Source: Lama glama
Taxonomy: Eukaryota
Direction: 5' to 3'
Assembly: GCA_028534125.1 (NCBI GenBank)
Contig: CM052818.1
Location: 1,242,001-1,306,000, forward strand
DNA: 64,000 nt
Part shown: positions 11,801 through 23,783 of the stretch, in pieces
Position numbering within the stretch: position 1 is the stretch's first letter
Layout of the letters: every line of letters starts with the position of its first letter
Translations under genes and position numbers: made by a program
Notes under the pieces: generated by a model
Seen by the model: only the letters and a program-made list of their open reading frames with translations
Databases searched by the model: none
Told to the model about the DNA's origin: nothing

Positions 11801-14499
11801 CAACGGAAGAGGCCAAGGAGTGGGGAGCTATCTTTGTCCACTTGCCCCATCAATTCTCCTTCAGAGTGGATCAAGAGTAGAGACGAGGCTGGGTGTCAGG
11901 AAGGTGGTAAGAGGAACAGCCAGGCTGTTAGGCATCCCAATACCAAATACAGATCCAGGAACTAGAGGCTACCCAAGGAACTCGCCCCTCACTCCTGCTT
12001 GAGCCAGCCTTGCAGCTAGATGCTCAGGCTACTAGGTGGTGGAAAATTCCTGCCAACAAGCCCGGGCTCTACCTTGCAAGTGGTAAAAATAGGCCAGGGA
12101 GTAAGGCAACATCCAGGCAGCACCTGGAGGTCTAAAGTCAGGTTTCTTCTTCCTCTTTCCCCACCTCTCTTCCCACAGACCTTCAGGTAAACTCTCCCCA
12201 CAGGAGACTTACTGCTCTCTGGTGGGAAAAGGCCTTGCTTCATCCCTGAATAGTCCCGCGTTGAAGAAATATGTGTATAAATATCTAGATGTCATCTTTC
12301 TCTCTAATATATATAGATATAGGTATATTGGTTTCTGCATGGGCGTGTGTGAATATATGCTCCAGCCTCCCTACTGGCTTTTTCTTCTATTTACCATACA
12401 GGATTTCGAAAGAGTGTAACTGTCCCTGGCAAATGTTGGCCATCATGGGGACTAAGCTCCTACATGCCAGAGGAGGGGCTGACAGGGGCTGGCTGAGGCT
12501 GGTGTGGTAGGGTCAGGGACCACAAGAGCCAAAACAAGCTTCCACCCACAGCCTCAGTCTCCATGACCCATCTCCCTCCTTAGACTCTCACACAACCTCT
12601 GGCTTGGTTGCACATGCTAACAGACTGGAAACAGGCTCTGACACCACCCATGGCTTCTCATACAGCGGCACATAACAGTACCCCTGACCCACCACCAATG
12701 CAGAGAGCTAGATGAAATGTTTTGACAGAGTTAGCTGCTGAGATTGACTGATCCAATTAATTTCTTCAGAAATGGCCACTGGTTTGACTCAGTTTGAATT
12801 GTTGTTTTGTTCTAAAGACAATTGTTTGGATAATTTGGTTGAGATCTCCCATCTCCGGAAATATCTCTGCCAGTGAAGCAAGGGCACATAACTGAGCTGC
12901 TGTTGCTAAAACTCTCCAGGTAACTGTTCATGTCCCTCTGCTGGTAGAAACTGCCTGACATTACTTTCTCCAAGCCCATGGGCTTTAGACACGCAGGCAA
13001 ACTCTATTGCTGGAGTTTTCTGTGAAACACCATTGCCTAGGAATGAGGGGCTAGCACCTGGGGGGAGACAGAGCCTCCCGACAGGGTGAAGTCATTAACT
13101 TCCAGTCACCTTACCTGTTTCAAGTGGCTGAATCTGTGCTGCCACGAAAGGGGGTGAAATCACATTACAGGAAGATAGAGGGGGGACACCCTGCCCATTG
13201 AGCCCTTCAAGGTGGGGGCAGACCAAGGGCTCTGAGGGTTGACAGAAGGAAGAGAGGTTTAACTTGTGATGGTGGAAGAGACAGATGATCAGGGGAGGTG
13301 GTCTGACAGAGAAGGGTTAGAGGGAAAGGAGGATGATCAAGGTAGGAATAAGGATTAAAGCTGCAAGTGGGGGCCAGAGTGACCAGCCAGAGAAAAGTGG
13401 GAGAGGTGGGTGAGAAGCAAACACTTCGTGTTGACATTAAAATAAATTGTTTCCAAAAAATCAGTGTTCCAAGCTCAAGTCAGATACCAACAGTGGCTTC
13501 CTCTGGACAAATGAGCAGGAGAGGGAGAGAGAAAGCTCAGCACACCTCCATGATCCCAGGGTTCAGCCTCAGCAGGTTGACTGTGGCTGGTCAGAAGTGA
13601 GGTGGCAGCATGGAGAGACCCCACAGTTGTGAGTGAATGTGATGCCGAGGTGTGTGTGAAGGGCAGTGTGGGGCTGAAAAAGCAGGACTGCAACCTCAAT
13701 GTGTGTGATTTGCCGGCTGTTTTGTAATTCCCTGGTGTGTGTTGGTCACCTGTATGGTAGAGTTCTCTGTGTTTGTCTTTATCCGAAGTGGAGGATGAAA
13801 GCAACAAGCTTCTCTGTCCTGACATTCATGTGCCTCTTTGCCCAAAGTCCGGCTATTTTAGGGGAAAGTTCGGTTGCTTGCAATCTCTCTCAGTTGGGGA
13901 GAGAATGGCCCTAGTTCATTGTAATATTCTGTCAGGACAGATAGCATGTGTCCCGCAGTCTGTGCGTGCATGTACAGAAACATAGGGGTCCTTCTGACCC
14001 AACCAAGAAGAAGCAGAGGCCAGGAAAATTATTCAAGATGCTGATAAGTGATGACAGATTTGATTTCAAAAGAAGCAGGGCTTTTCCTTGTAAGGAAAAG
14101 TATGTTTAGTACAAAACTAACCATCCCAAGAAACTGATCAATAGCTACATGTTTCTATAAGGAGCAGGATGCTGCCAGGTGCCTATGTGCTTGGGCCCCT
14201 CTCATTCTGACCTATCAGAAGGAGGCCTCAACCATCCCTACCAAGGCTTCAGTTTCCCTTAACTGGACAAGGGCAGAACAAGCTTGGGACTGGGGTGCGA
14301 TGTGGCCTGTTGCGATGCAGTAATTCTGGGCTGTGAGAGTGGGCTGTCAGTTTCAGACAAGGAGGGGTGGAAAGGGGCTGGTTTGGCCTTCCCTGAAGCT
14401 AGTTCACTGAACCCCACTCCTCCGCATTTTCCTCCAGCCTCCCTCTGAGGGCCCCTTTAAGGCAATGGCTGGGAACTAGCAATAGAGGTTCCCAGGACT

Positions 14500-15750
14500 G
14501 AGGCGGCAGGAGGTGGGAGCCAGCGATTTGATGGCCCAGGGCTCAGGCTGCAGTCCCTCCTGGAGAGGCCGTGTCAGGCTGGGGACTCTAGGCCGGATGG
14601 TGGGGCGGAGGGGCCTGGGGCTACGAGAGGGAGAGGCCCGCCCGGCAGCAGAGATAACCTCTTTACCCCGCCTCCCGCCGGAACAAAGGCGCCCTTTGAA
14701 GCACCGGCCCATTACCACCACCAGTCCCACAGGGCTGCGTCTCCCACGGCCCCCTCCCGACCCTGCTCCCCGGCCTGGAAAGTTCCTGCTATCCCGGGAA
14801 ATAGCATCCAAGTGTAGCTAACTCCCGGTGCCCGCCAACTCCTCCCCTTCTGGCCTCGAAAGCTGCCCCTGACTTCGGAGTCCCTCCGCGTGGTCCCGAG
14901 CATCCCGCGCTGGCTTTTCCTCTTCCATCGCCTTGCTCAGCGGAGAAGCCGCTTCCCTGCGCGCCGGCACCGCGCTGCTGGAGAGCGCTGCGCACAGAGC
15001 GCAGACGTGTTCCTTTTCGTTCGTGTAGGGTTTCGCTTCTTGCATTAAAACGGGGCTGAAATGAGCATCGCAGAGACCCGGTTCTCTAGAAAACGCGGCG
15101 CCGGAGGGCCTGAAATGGCTCGGCTCGCAGGCCCGAGGGGCCCGCGGGACCGCAAGACGCAAGGGCGCCCGGGCTGCAGGGGTCTGCCCGGAAGATGACC
15201 GGCCCCGAAGCCAAAACGTCTCAAAGTTCAAAAAATCCTTCAGTGCCCAACGGATTTCCGTGTTCAAAAATGCGGCCACATTTGGCTCCATCTCCGCATC
15301 CAGACACAGTTCTTGAGAGAAAAATGCAACCGTTTTTGCAACTCGACAACGAGCCCGCCGGGACTGATGGCTCAGGGAGCCGCGGCAATTTCCGAGAGGT
15401 TTTTGCGAAGGTTTTATCCGGCCTCGTGTGACTGGGGATGCTCAGAGCCAGAGCTGGATCTCACGCGAGGCGCCCCGGACACTTGGAGGCTCGGCCCTCG
15501 CGCCCCAAGCTCGCGCCGGCGAGGCCAGAAGCGGGAAAGGTGGCGCGGAGGGCGTGGGGGTGCGGGGTCCAAAGCCGAGGGAGTCCCCAGGGAGGCCATC
15601 TCAGCATAAGGAGAGCACAGGGGTCAGGACCGGCTCTGACCTGAGCCCCTGTCCCTCTACCAGCCTCCTAACGCCGGTGCCTCAACTGCCTTGGGCCCGA
15701 AGGTTCACAAACAGCCGCAACTCAAACTGGCGCACGGTCACCAGGTCTAA
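14500..15750. promoter_or_regulatory. Intronic CpG island in EMX1 intron 1
   Basis: CpG-rich block with no recognisable coding content. Confidence 0.7.
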
Positions 15751-16344
15751 AGACCCAGGCCAGGGACCCAGCCCATGGAGGACTGAGGTGGTTTGCTCAT
15801 TTTAAAATAAAACTTTATTCTATCAGTAAACATTGATTTTAATTGACAGGTTTCTTGTCCGTTGTGTCCAACAACATACGCATTTTTTCCCTCCGGATGA
15901 TTTGGGCACATCTTTGAAATCCTCAGGGCAGACAAGTCTGCCCACAAAAATTCTTGCTCAAGCAATTACATTTTCTTCTTTTGTGGGATCTGATGGGTGA
16001 GTATCTACTGGGCAGATGGGACTGAGAAAATTGTCTGACAAATCAGGACCCGGGAAAGCAGCTTTCCGTGAAACAGTTAAGCAGCTATACCCAAAGCTTC
16101 AAGAGATCATTTTTCTTCTCTTATGTAGACAATTGTACCAGACATTCAGTTTATTTTCACAGTGTAGACTTGGTTTATCGTCAGATTAGCCCCAGGAGCA
16201 GGAGGTCTAGCCCTGTGCTTTTCATTTGTTTCGCTGAAAGCCGGGTTACCTAGCTCTGAGTCATGGAGCCTCATGAGGCTAACTCTCGTCTACACTAGCA
16301 AAATAAAACCGGAAGCTAAACCAATTACTGCACAAATTAAATCA

Positions 16345-16568
16345 GAAGGAGGAGGAGGGAGGGAGGAGGTGGAAGACGAGGAGGAGGAGGAGGAGGAGGA
16401 GGAGGAGGAGGAGGAGGAGGAGAAGAAGATGAAGAAGAAGAAGAAGAAGAAGAAGAAGAAGAAGAAGAAGAAGAAGAAGAAGAAGAAGAAGAAGAAGAGG
16501 AGGAGGAGGAGGAGGAGGAGGAGGAGGAGGAGGAGAAAAGAAGGAAGGAAGAAAAAAAAGAAGAAAAA
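16345..16568 (+). repeat. Compound purine trinucleotide microsatellite (GAG)15-(AAG)2-ATG-(AAG)22-(AGG)12 with purine-rich flanks
   Basis: Read directly. The core spans 16378-16533 in EMX1 intron 1. Confidence 0.97.
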
Positions 16569-17490
16569 CTCCAACAAATTCAAGGAAGAAAACGAACTCC
16601 AACTAATGCAACTCTTTCCTTCGGGAAAGTCATATTTTTGAAACGTGAGAGAGAGAGGGAGAGGCAGAGACAGAAACAGAGAGACCGACCAGTGGGGTAT
16701 CTTCTTTGGCAAACCCATTGCCCAGTGCAGACTAGAAGGCTTGGACTGCCTACGACCTTCAGAGCCCTCTGCCCCCGCCCCCTGCCTGGGAGGACTGCCG
16801 TCAGTCCCCAAGTAGCTGGGTGGGTTCCCCAAATCGGCGAGCGGAGGAGGAAGCCGATTTGCTGCCGCAAATCTTCCCCACCCTGGGTCCGACAGGCACG
16901 TGTGACTTGGCGAAGTCGGGTCGAGATTGCTGAGAAACATCCCAAGACAGCGGAGCACTCAACACTGAACATTAACTCTCTAGTTTGCCCTCCCCTCTGC
17001 CCCTTCTTCCTACAGACCCGGGGCACGCAGGTGGACTTTCCCCTGCCTTCCCGCGCCAGCGAGGACGGATCCCTGGGAGTTGGTAGTGGAAGTGCGAGAG
17101 AAGTATGGTCCCGGGTCCAGCCGGGTCCGCGGGAGGGCGGCGGGCGCTGAGCTCTCTGGTGTGGCACTGGCTCAGCCAGAAGAGATTAATGCAGGCCTCG
17201 CGGAAGATCAGGAGAGCTCCGAGGATGTGCCCGGGCTTGACGTCCGACAGGCATAGTTCTTGGGAAAGCCTGGAGGTCCCAACCCGGTTCTCTGGGAGGG
17301 AACCCAACGCGGCAGAAGCGCGGATGAATCTGGCGCGGCTCTTCCCTGCCTAGGATCGGCCTCTGTGGACCCGCAGCCTTCTCAGCAACAACTTCTGAAC
17401 AGCCCCGCACGCCCCCGAACCTCCCCCGCGCCACTACAGCTCCGGCGCCAGCCGGCCGGCCGCCGAGGCGCGCACAGCGTGGGCACTCAC

Positions 17491-18004
17491 CCTGGAAGCG
17501 GTGGCCGAAGAAGCGGTTCCGCAGGACCCAGGGGTAGAAGTGCAGAGGGTCCCGATGCTGGGCGCCGAAGAAGGAGTGCGGGGGCTGCAGCGGGGAGGCG
17601 CCCAGCTGGTGCGCCGGGTGCACGGTCAGCGCGGGATGGTTCATGGCCTCGGGGAACACGAGCTCGGGCCCTCCGTAGAGCGAGCGGCCGGCGCCCGCGG
17701 TGGCTGGGAAGCCGCTCACGAAGGCCGCTTCGGCCGCGCCGGGGTGAGGATAATTGAGCGCCGTGGGCCGGAGCGGCTCCTCCGAAGCTGCCGCCGCCAG
17801 GGGATGGGAGCCCGCGCCCCCGCCGCCAGTGCCCCCGCCGGTACCGCCGTCCTTGGCCACCAAAGACTCGATGGTAAAGCCGCGCTTGGCTGTGGGCTGG
17901 AACATGGTCGCGGCCGCCAGAGCCGAGCCAGGCAGCCGGGCTCTGGGGAGCGCTCCGCGTCCTGGCTCCGCCGCCGTGCGGGGTGTGCACCCAGCCAGGC
18001 ACAT
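17491..18004 (-). CDS. EMX1: EMX1 homeobox protein, coding exon 1 (long start ATG at 18004; downstream in-frame ATG at 17905)
   Basis: Translates MCLAGCTP...AAATMFQPTAKRGFTIESLVAKDGG...DPLHFYPWVLRNRFFGHRFQ, with an eh1-like FTIESLV motif and YPWV. It ends at the donor CCAGG|GTGAGT (phase 1). The spliced product is 255 aa from 17905 or 288 aa from 18004. Confidence 0.97.
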
Positions 18005-18342
18005 GCACACACACCAGCACCCCTCACCTCCCCCGCCCGCCCGCCCGCGCTCAGCCCCTGCGGACGAGCCAGGCGCGGAGCGGCGAGGGGCGTGCGAGCC
18101 AGAGAACGCGGAATCGGGCCACCGCGCGCAGCTAGGCGCGCCGGCCTCTGCGGCCGAGCGGGCAGCTCCGGCGCCGGTACTGGCGCGGGCTCCGCGCGAT
18201 GCTGCGAGCTGCCTCTACGGCCTGGAGGCTGAGCCCGGTCCCCTCCCTCCCGAGTCCAGCCAGGACCGACCCCCACCCCCGGTCCTCCCAGCACTGTCCA
18301 GCCCGGCCTCGTCCACCGCGCTGCGAAGCGAGAGTTAGCGGG

Positions 18343-18413
18343 CACCTGCCCCGCGCTCGCCCATTGGCCGCCGCTCACCTGCCCCAAGGTGGGGGGCGGG
18401 GCGGGGCGGGGCG
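18343..18413 (-). promoter_or_regulatory. EMX1 proximal promoter elements: CCAAT box, tandem GC boxes, two CACCTG E-boxes
   Basis: attgg at 18363-18367 (CCAAT on the minus strand); tandem GGGCGG boxes in GGGGCGGGGCGGGGCGGGGCG at about 18393-18413; CACCTG at 18343-18348 and 18376-18381. All lie about 350-400 nt upstream of the first ATG. Confidence 0.6.
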
Positions 18414-21400
18414 AGGGACGGCGGGTGGGGAAACGAGCCAGCAGTCGGAGGCAAAAGCCGGACTGGAGCTTGTGCGAGGCGCTCTAGGCCTCCTTCCCAT
18501 CTCACGTCTTCTCGTGTCTCGGCTCTTCAGCTGAGTCTGGCGGCCGCCGCAACCGTCTCAACACACGCGTGAGCCGAAGGAGGCGTACGAGGGGCCTGGG
18601 GCTTGGGGGAAACTCCAACCCCACTTTTCAGTGTGTAAATCAGTTGAACCCTCTCCAATTCGTCTTGGGATGTCGTTTCAGTTTTCAGATAACTGGGATC
18701 CGAGTGGAAAGTAGGTGTTTGGGGGTGCAACAAATAGGTTCTCCCGATAACCAGCTCCCTACTCCCCTGGCCTCGAAGACCCTCTCGATCACCCACCACC
18801 GGTCACCTGGGTCACGGCCTGAAGCCTCGGCCTTGTTCCTGAGGTTTCGCTTTTTCTGGGTGTTACTGGGAACAGCTCCGGAAAGGGACGCTCAATTCTT
18901 TTCACAAGGGGGCCAGGCCGCGGACAGTGCGAGAGGAGCTGTCGGAGCAATCACCCTGCAGTCCTCAAGCTGCAGGTCGCAGGGCTCGGAAGCATCTCCT
19001 TGGCCCAGTCAGGGGCACCGCAGCCGGCTCGCACCGGGACGGCTGGCCTCGGCTCAGGAAGATCTGCTTTCCTCGGCTTCCGTCTTCTCTGGTCGTGGGG
19101 CAGGTGGGTCAGACCAGGCCGAGGCCTTGGGAACACTGTCTTGAATTGGAGGTGGCCGAGCAGCCTAAGCCCATCCCCAAGAATACACACCGGCCGTCCT
19201 GGGAACGTAGCGGCGGCCTCGCCTACCCCGACCACCTTCCACTCACACCGCCCGCAGAGCAGCGGGCGACTCTGCTCCAGCCAGTTTCCATTACGTGCAC
19301 CAATTCCCTGGGGGTGAGAGGGCAGTTGGGAAGGAGAACCAACACTCTGCAAACTTTTTCACCCGGGCTTCCAGGCCTCAGGAAAACACCGCATTCAGGC
19401 CTAGGAGGGCGCTAGGCGGTGGTGGGGAGGCCGGGACACGGACCTTGCCAGTGCACTGAGAGAAGGGGACCGCAGGGCGTTCCGCTCCCTCGGCGCTGTC
19501 GGGATCAGTCAGAGCGGCCTGGCCGCGGCGCGGGTGCGTGGGTCCGGGCTGGGCCTCCCGTCGCCCCGAGACCAGGGGGTCCGCGGGCCGCCTGACTCTA
19601 CAAAAACTCCAGGCCGGGTCTTGGGAGCGGCCCGCCTGAGCGCCCGGAGCCCTGGTCCCGGAGAGCGCTCCGGGCGCCCTTGTTGCCACAAAGCGGGTTA
19701 AAGTCTATTTTCCACTCGACTGCTCCGAAAAGCCCCCGCGCGCCGAAGCCGTTCCGGCCCCCTTGGGCGAGGTGGGGAGGGGACGGCGAGAGGATGGGGG
19801 TGAGACTACCGCACCCTGCAGACGTTCGCGTCCGGGGCAGACCCGGGCAGAGCACCTCAGAGACGCCCCAGAAATGCCTGCGGAAGGAATCCTTACCGAA
19901 TCCGTAGCGAGCGCCTGTGTCTCTTTTGCTGGCCTCTCCGGTTCTTTCTGTGCTGGTCTCTCCCTCTCTCTGATTTCTGTCTCAGGCTCTCTGTCACTCC
20001 CCAACCCCCCCCCCCCATTTTCCTCCATTTCTTACCCCTCTCCCTTTGCGCCATCCTCAGCCGTAGATTAGAGGAAGCTCCGCCGAGTGGGGACAAGAAC
20101 CTAAGCAGGTCGTATCGCTAGGGTGGCGAGAGTGAGGAGCTGGGCAAAGGCACAGAACGAGATTTTCGTACTAATATGAAGGAGACAGAAGGGGATTTTG
20201 TCGGAGCAAGGTCCCCGCAGGAACGCAGTTTTAGTTGGATAAGCATTGCCTGGGCCTGTGCTCTATGGCGACAGACCAAGTACTTGGGCCTGTGACAGAG
20301 AAGTCAGGAGCTGGAGCAAGTTGAACTCGGCCCCAGAGCTTTCTGCCCCTAGCGGAGATGGACCCCACCTGTCCAGCGGCAGGCCTCTACCTCCTACCCC
20401 ACCACGAGGCTGGACCTTAACCCGGAACTCGCTAAACTGGGCTGGCAGGTAGAGGAGCTTGGAATTTACTGGCCATTCTTAGACTTACACCTACACACGG
20501 GCAACATGTGCGTTCATTCGTGTGGCTCTAGGTCTACATCTTTGTGTGTAAATACATAGACCTTTATGATAATGACTCCTTGTGGTGGTGCTTTCCAAAT
20601 GCTTTGACATCCAGCTGTCTGTCATCAACCCCATTTACAGATGAAAAAACAGACTGCACAGGATAAGTGACTTGAGTCTGGTTATGGTCTGCGTTGAGGT
20701 GGGACAGCTCATTGGTCCTGGCCTGGCTGAAGTTCCACCCCCTTCCACCTCCATACCGGCGCTGTAGCCCACCCTCCCAAGATCACACCTGTTCACAGGG
20801 TTAGGGATGGGGTTGGGGGGGGGTGCGCTGGGTGACAGGAATTCTACCTTTATTTTTCCTCTCCTTACCCTCTCCCCACACCCCTTTCTCTCACTTTCCT
20901 TTCCTGTAATTCCATAATTTCCCTCCTTCCCTTTTTTCCGTCTGTAGACATTTATCCCTTACCCGGTTTCCTCTATTTCCTTTCATCTTAGTGCCTCTTT
21001 CCCTGTTGTAGCTGACCCCGCAGTAGGTTAAGAGAAGAATTTGTCACCCTCAGGATGTCTCTAAGCCTATCACTGTGTTCTGGATCCAGCATCAGCGCTC
21101 CCACCACGCCCCAATCTATTCTTGTGGCGCATCCCAACTCAGTCTCTGCTAAGTGCTCACACCTCTCCCAATATGACCCCTCCCCAAAACAGCTGACCGT
21201 GTGCATGCCTCCTCTCCTCACCTGTGGACAGCCGGCCACCTTAACCAAATTCTGCGCCCCTCTCCCCTCCACCTCTGTCCCCCAGCCTTTCCTCTCCACC
21301 TTACTGTCCTCCCTCTCAGACTGCTGGGTTCTGCCAGAGCCCCTAGGTTGATCATGCCTCCCTCATGCTGGAGCACCCTACAGCCCCACACATCTGCGGG

Positions 21401-22593
21401 CTGCTTACCTTTTATTCTGCAGCTGCCTGAAATCCAGCCCCTTCCCTGGGTTCCCATCTCCCCAAATCCAGCGCTTTGCTTTCTTCAGAGGAACCTGATG
21501 CCTACTCGGAGGATGAGACCCTGACTGTCTGTCCTGGCTCTGGCCCCACATCAACTTTTCTCCTCCCTCCTTCCATCTCTGAAATAACCTGGGCTCAAAT
21601 CCTGACTCAGTTTACTAATGGTGAGACCTGGGGCCAGCAATCTGGGCTCAGCTTGTACATCTGTGAAATGGCGAGCATTATGTGGGACCTCTGTGAGGAC
21701 TCAATAAGAGAAGTTTGTGATGTCCAGGACCAATGCCTGACTCCAGAAAGGTGCTGGGTAAACGTGACCCTCTCTGCCTTTGCCCATGCAGGAAACTGGG
21801 GAATCCTCAAATCCCCATTCTCCCTCATCCTCCTCATCCAACTTATCACCAGGTCTTGTAGTCAAGAACTTCTCAAGTCTGTAACTTCTCCTCCTTTGCT
21901 TCTTTGCTAGCTAACTTCATTCTTCACAACTCAGTTCAACACCTCCCAGGAAACCATCCCCCTTGCCCCAGCCTCTTACCATTCTGTCATAGCATTCACC
22001 CGCAGGATGGAGTTGTCTGTGTCTGCATCTGCTTCCCTCACTGGGCTACAATCCCCACCCCCACCCCCACCCCCAGCTGGGAAGCCCTGGTGTACTTATG
22101 TCATGGCCCCCAGCACAGGCTAGGCAATGTTTATCCCTGCCTAACCCGCCCCCCCACCCCACTCTTGTGGAGGGATTAGTCCAAAATATCCCCAGCCATT
22201 TCCCTTTTACCTTCCCTCTTTTCCTCTTTCCTCTTCAGCCTCCTTTATCTTCATGTCTCCCTGTCCTCATGTTTCCCTTACTCTGGTAACTTTTCTTCTT
22301 TACCACCACACTTAACTTTTAGCCTCTCTCCAGCTCCCTCACTTCCCCTTGATTCGGTAAGTCTTTGCAGCCTGCCTTCCATCCCATCCTTTTAGGAAAA
22401 TAGCTTGCAGAAGCTCTGAAACTTCTATTATGGTGTTATTACAACACTAACACGTGCTTACGGAGACAAGAATAGGAATAACAATCTTACGGCGTTACTG
22501 TGAGCTTGAATGAGTTATGATCCCTACCCAGTGGACTTAGAGCAGTGCCTGACATGTGGCAAACACTTGATAAGTTTTAGCTATTATCCTATA

Positions 22594-22885
22594 TAGCTGT
22601 GCTGTCCAATATGGAAGGCAGGGGTGGCCTGAATTGAGATATTCTGTAAATGTGAACTGCACAGCAGATTTGGAAGGCTGAGGGTTAAAAAATGTAAAGT
22701 ATCATTACTATTTTCTGTGTTGATAACATGTTACAGTGATACTATTTGGGATATTTGGGGGTTAAAGAAAAGATATTATTAAGAAACTGATAAATAGTTT
22801 TTTTTTACTTTTAAAATGTAGTTACTAGAATATTAAAATTACTTACGTGGGGGCTCACATTATATTTCTATTGGAGAGAGATGTT
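22594..22885. mobile_element. hAT-Charlie MITE (MER33/MER3-like)
   Basis: Degenerate terminal inverted repeats gctgtccaata ... tattggagag and a characteristic AT-rich interior. Confidence 0.65.
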
Positions 22886-23621
22886 ATAGAAAATATAAAT
22901 ACTCTGAAAGAGGGAGGGAAGATAAATGGATGTGGGGGAAGGGAAAACAGAGGCCTTAGAATTGTCCAGTCCCATCACCCAAAAACAGCATCATGAAATT
23001 CTTACTGTGCATCCTTCCAGCTCTTTGTCTCTATATGTGCCTCCCTTAAAAAGAGGGAAGTCATACTTAACCCAGTTTTGTAACCTGCTTCTTTATTTTT
23101 ATAACCATCACAAGCAACTTTGTATCCATTAAATATCCTCTATTGTTGGACATTTATGGTGTTTACCAATTTTCATTATTTTACACAAAATTTTGACCAG
23201 TGCCTCATGGCTATATCTTACTGCACATCCATGAGGATTACTTTTCTCTGTAAGTTTCTAGAAGTATAATTTCTAAAAGTATAATTTTCAGATAGACAAT
23301 ATTTTAATTCTTTTGGTCCACATTGCCAGTTTGGCTCTGGAAATGTTGTACTTATTTATTCTCCTATGAGAGAGTTTAAGGGTTTCTCTTCATCCTCTGA
23401 AATGTGCATCCCGATTCCTTATTTTCAAATCCCAGTCTTCCTGGTCATAATTATCTGTGGGCTCTTATCTTCAACTCCATTTTCTTCTGGAAACTCTCTC
23501 TTCCCTTCATTTTCCTAACAAGGTACTTGCCTAGATCTGTAGCCTCTGGGATTTGTTCCTTCATGGGCTCCCCTTTCTTCTCCTAATTGTGGTTGTCCAC
23601 TAGGCATTGTTGTCTATTCCA

Positions 23622-23743
23622 ACCTTCCTTCCTTCCTTCCTTCCTTCCTTCCTTCCTTCCTTCCTTCCTTCCTTCCTTCCTTCTTTCTTTCCTCCCTTCC
23701 TTCCTTCCTTCCTCCCTCCCTCCCTCCCTCCCTTCCTTCCTTC

Positions 23744-23778
<35 letters not shown>

Positions 23779-23783
23779 TCTAT
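23622..23783 (+). repeat. Compound tetranucleotide repeat (CCTT)n/(CCCT)n/(CTGT)n/(CTAT)n
   Basis: Read directly. Confidence 0.95.

Larger units (their letters stand above)
16750..20100. promoter_or_regulatory. CpG island spanning the EMX1 promoter, exon 1 and start of intron 1
   Basis: Very high GC and CpG density by inspection. Boundaries are approximate. Confidence 0.85.

Noticed and set aside
16273..16958. ORFs with poly-E/K/R or poly-F/S/L tracts
   Set aside because: They are translations of the trinucleotide microsatellite, which lacks stops in several frames. There is no gene context.
17260..18534. Several long overlapping ORFs on both strands around EMX1 exon 1 (and similarly around exons 2 and 3)
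   Set aside because: Expected stop-codon scarcity in very GC-rich DNA. The products are low-complexity Arg/Gly/Pro/Ala sequences with no recognisable domain.
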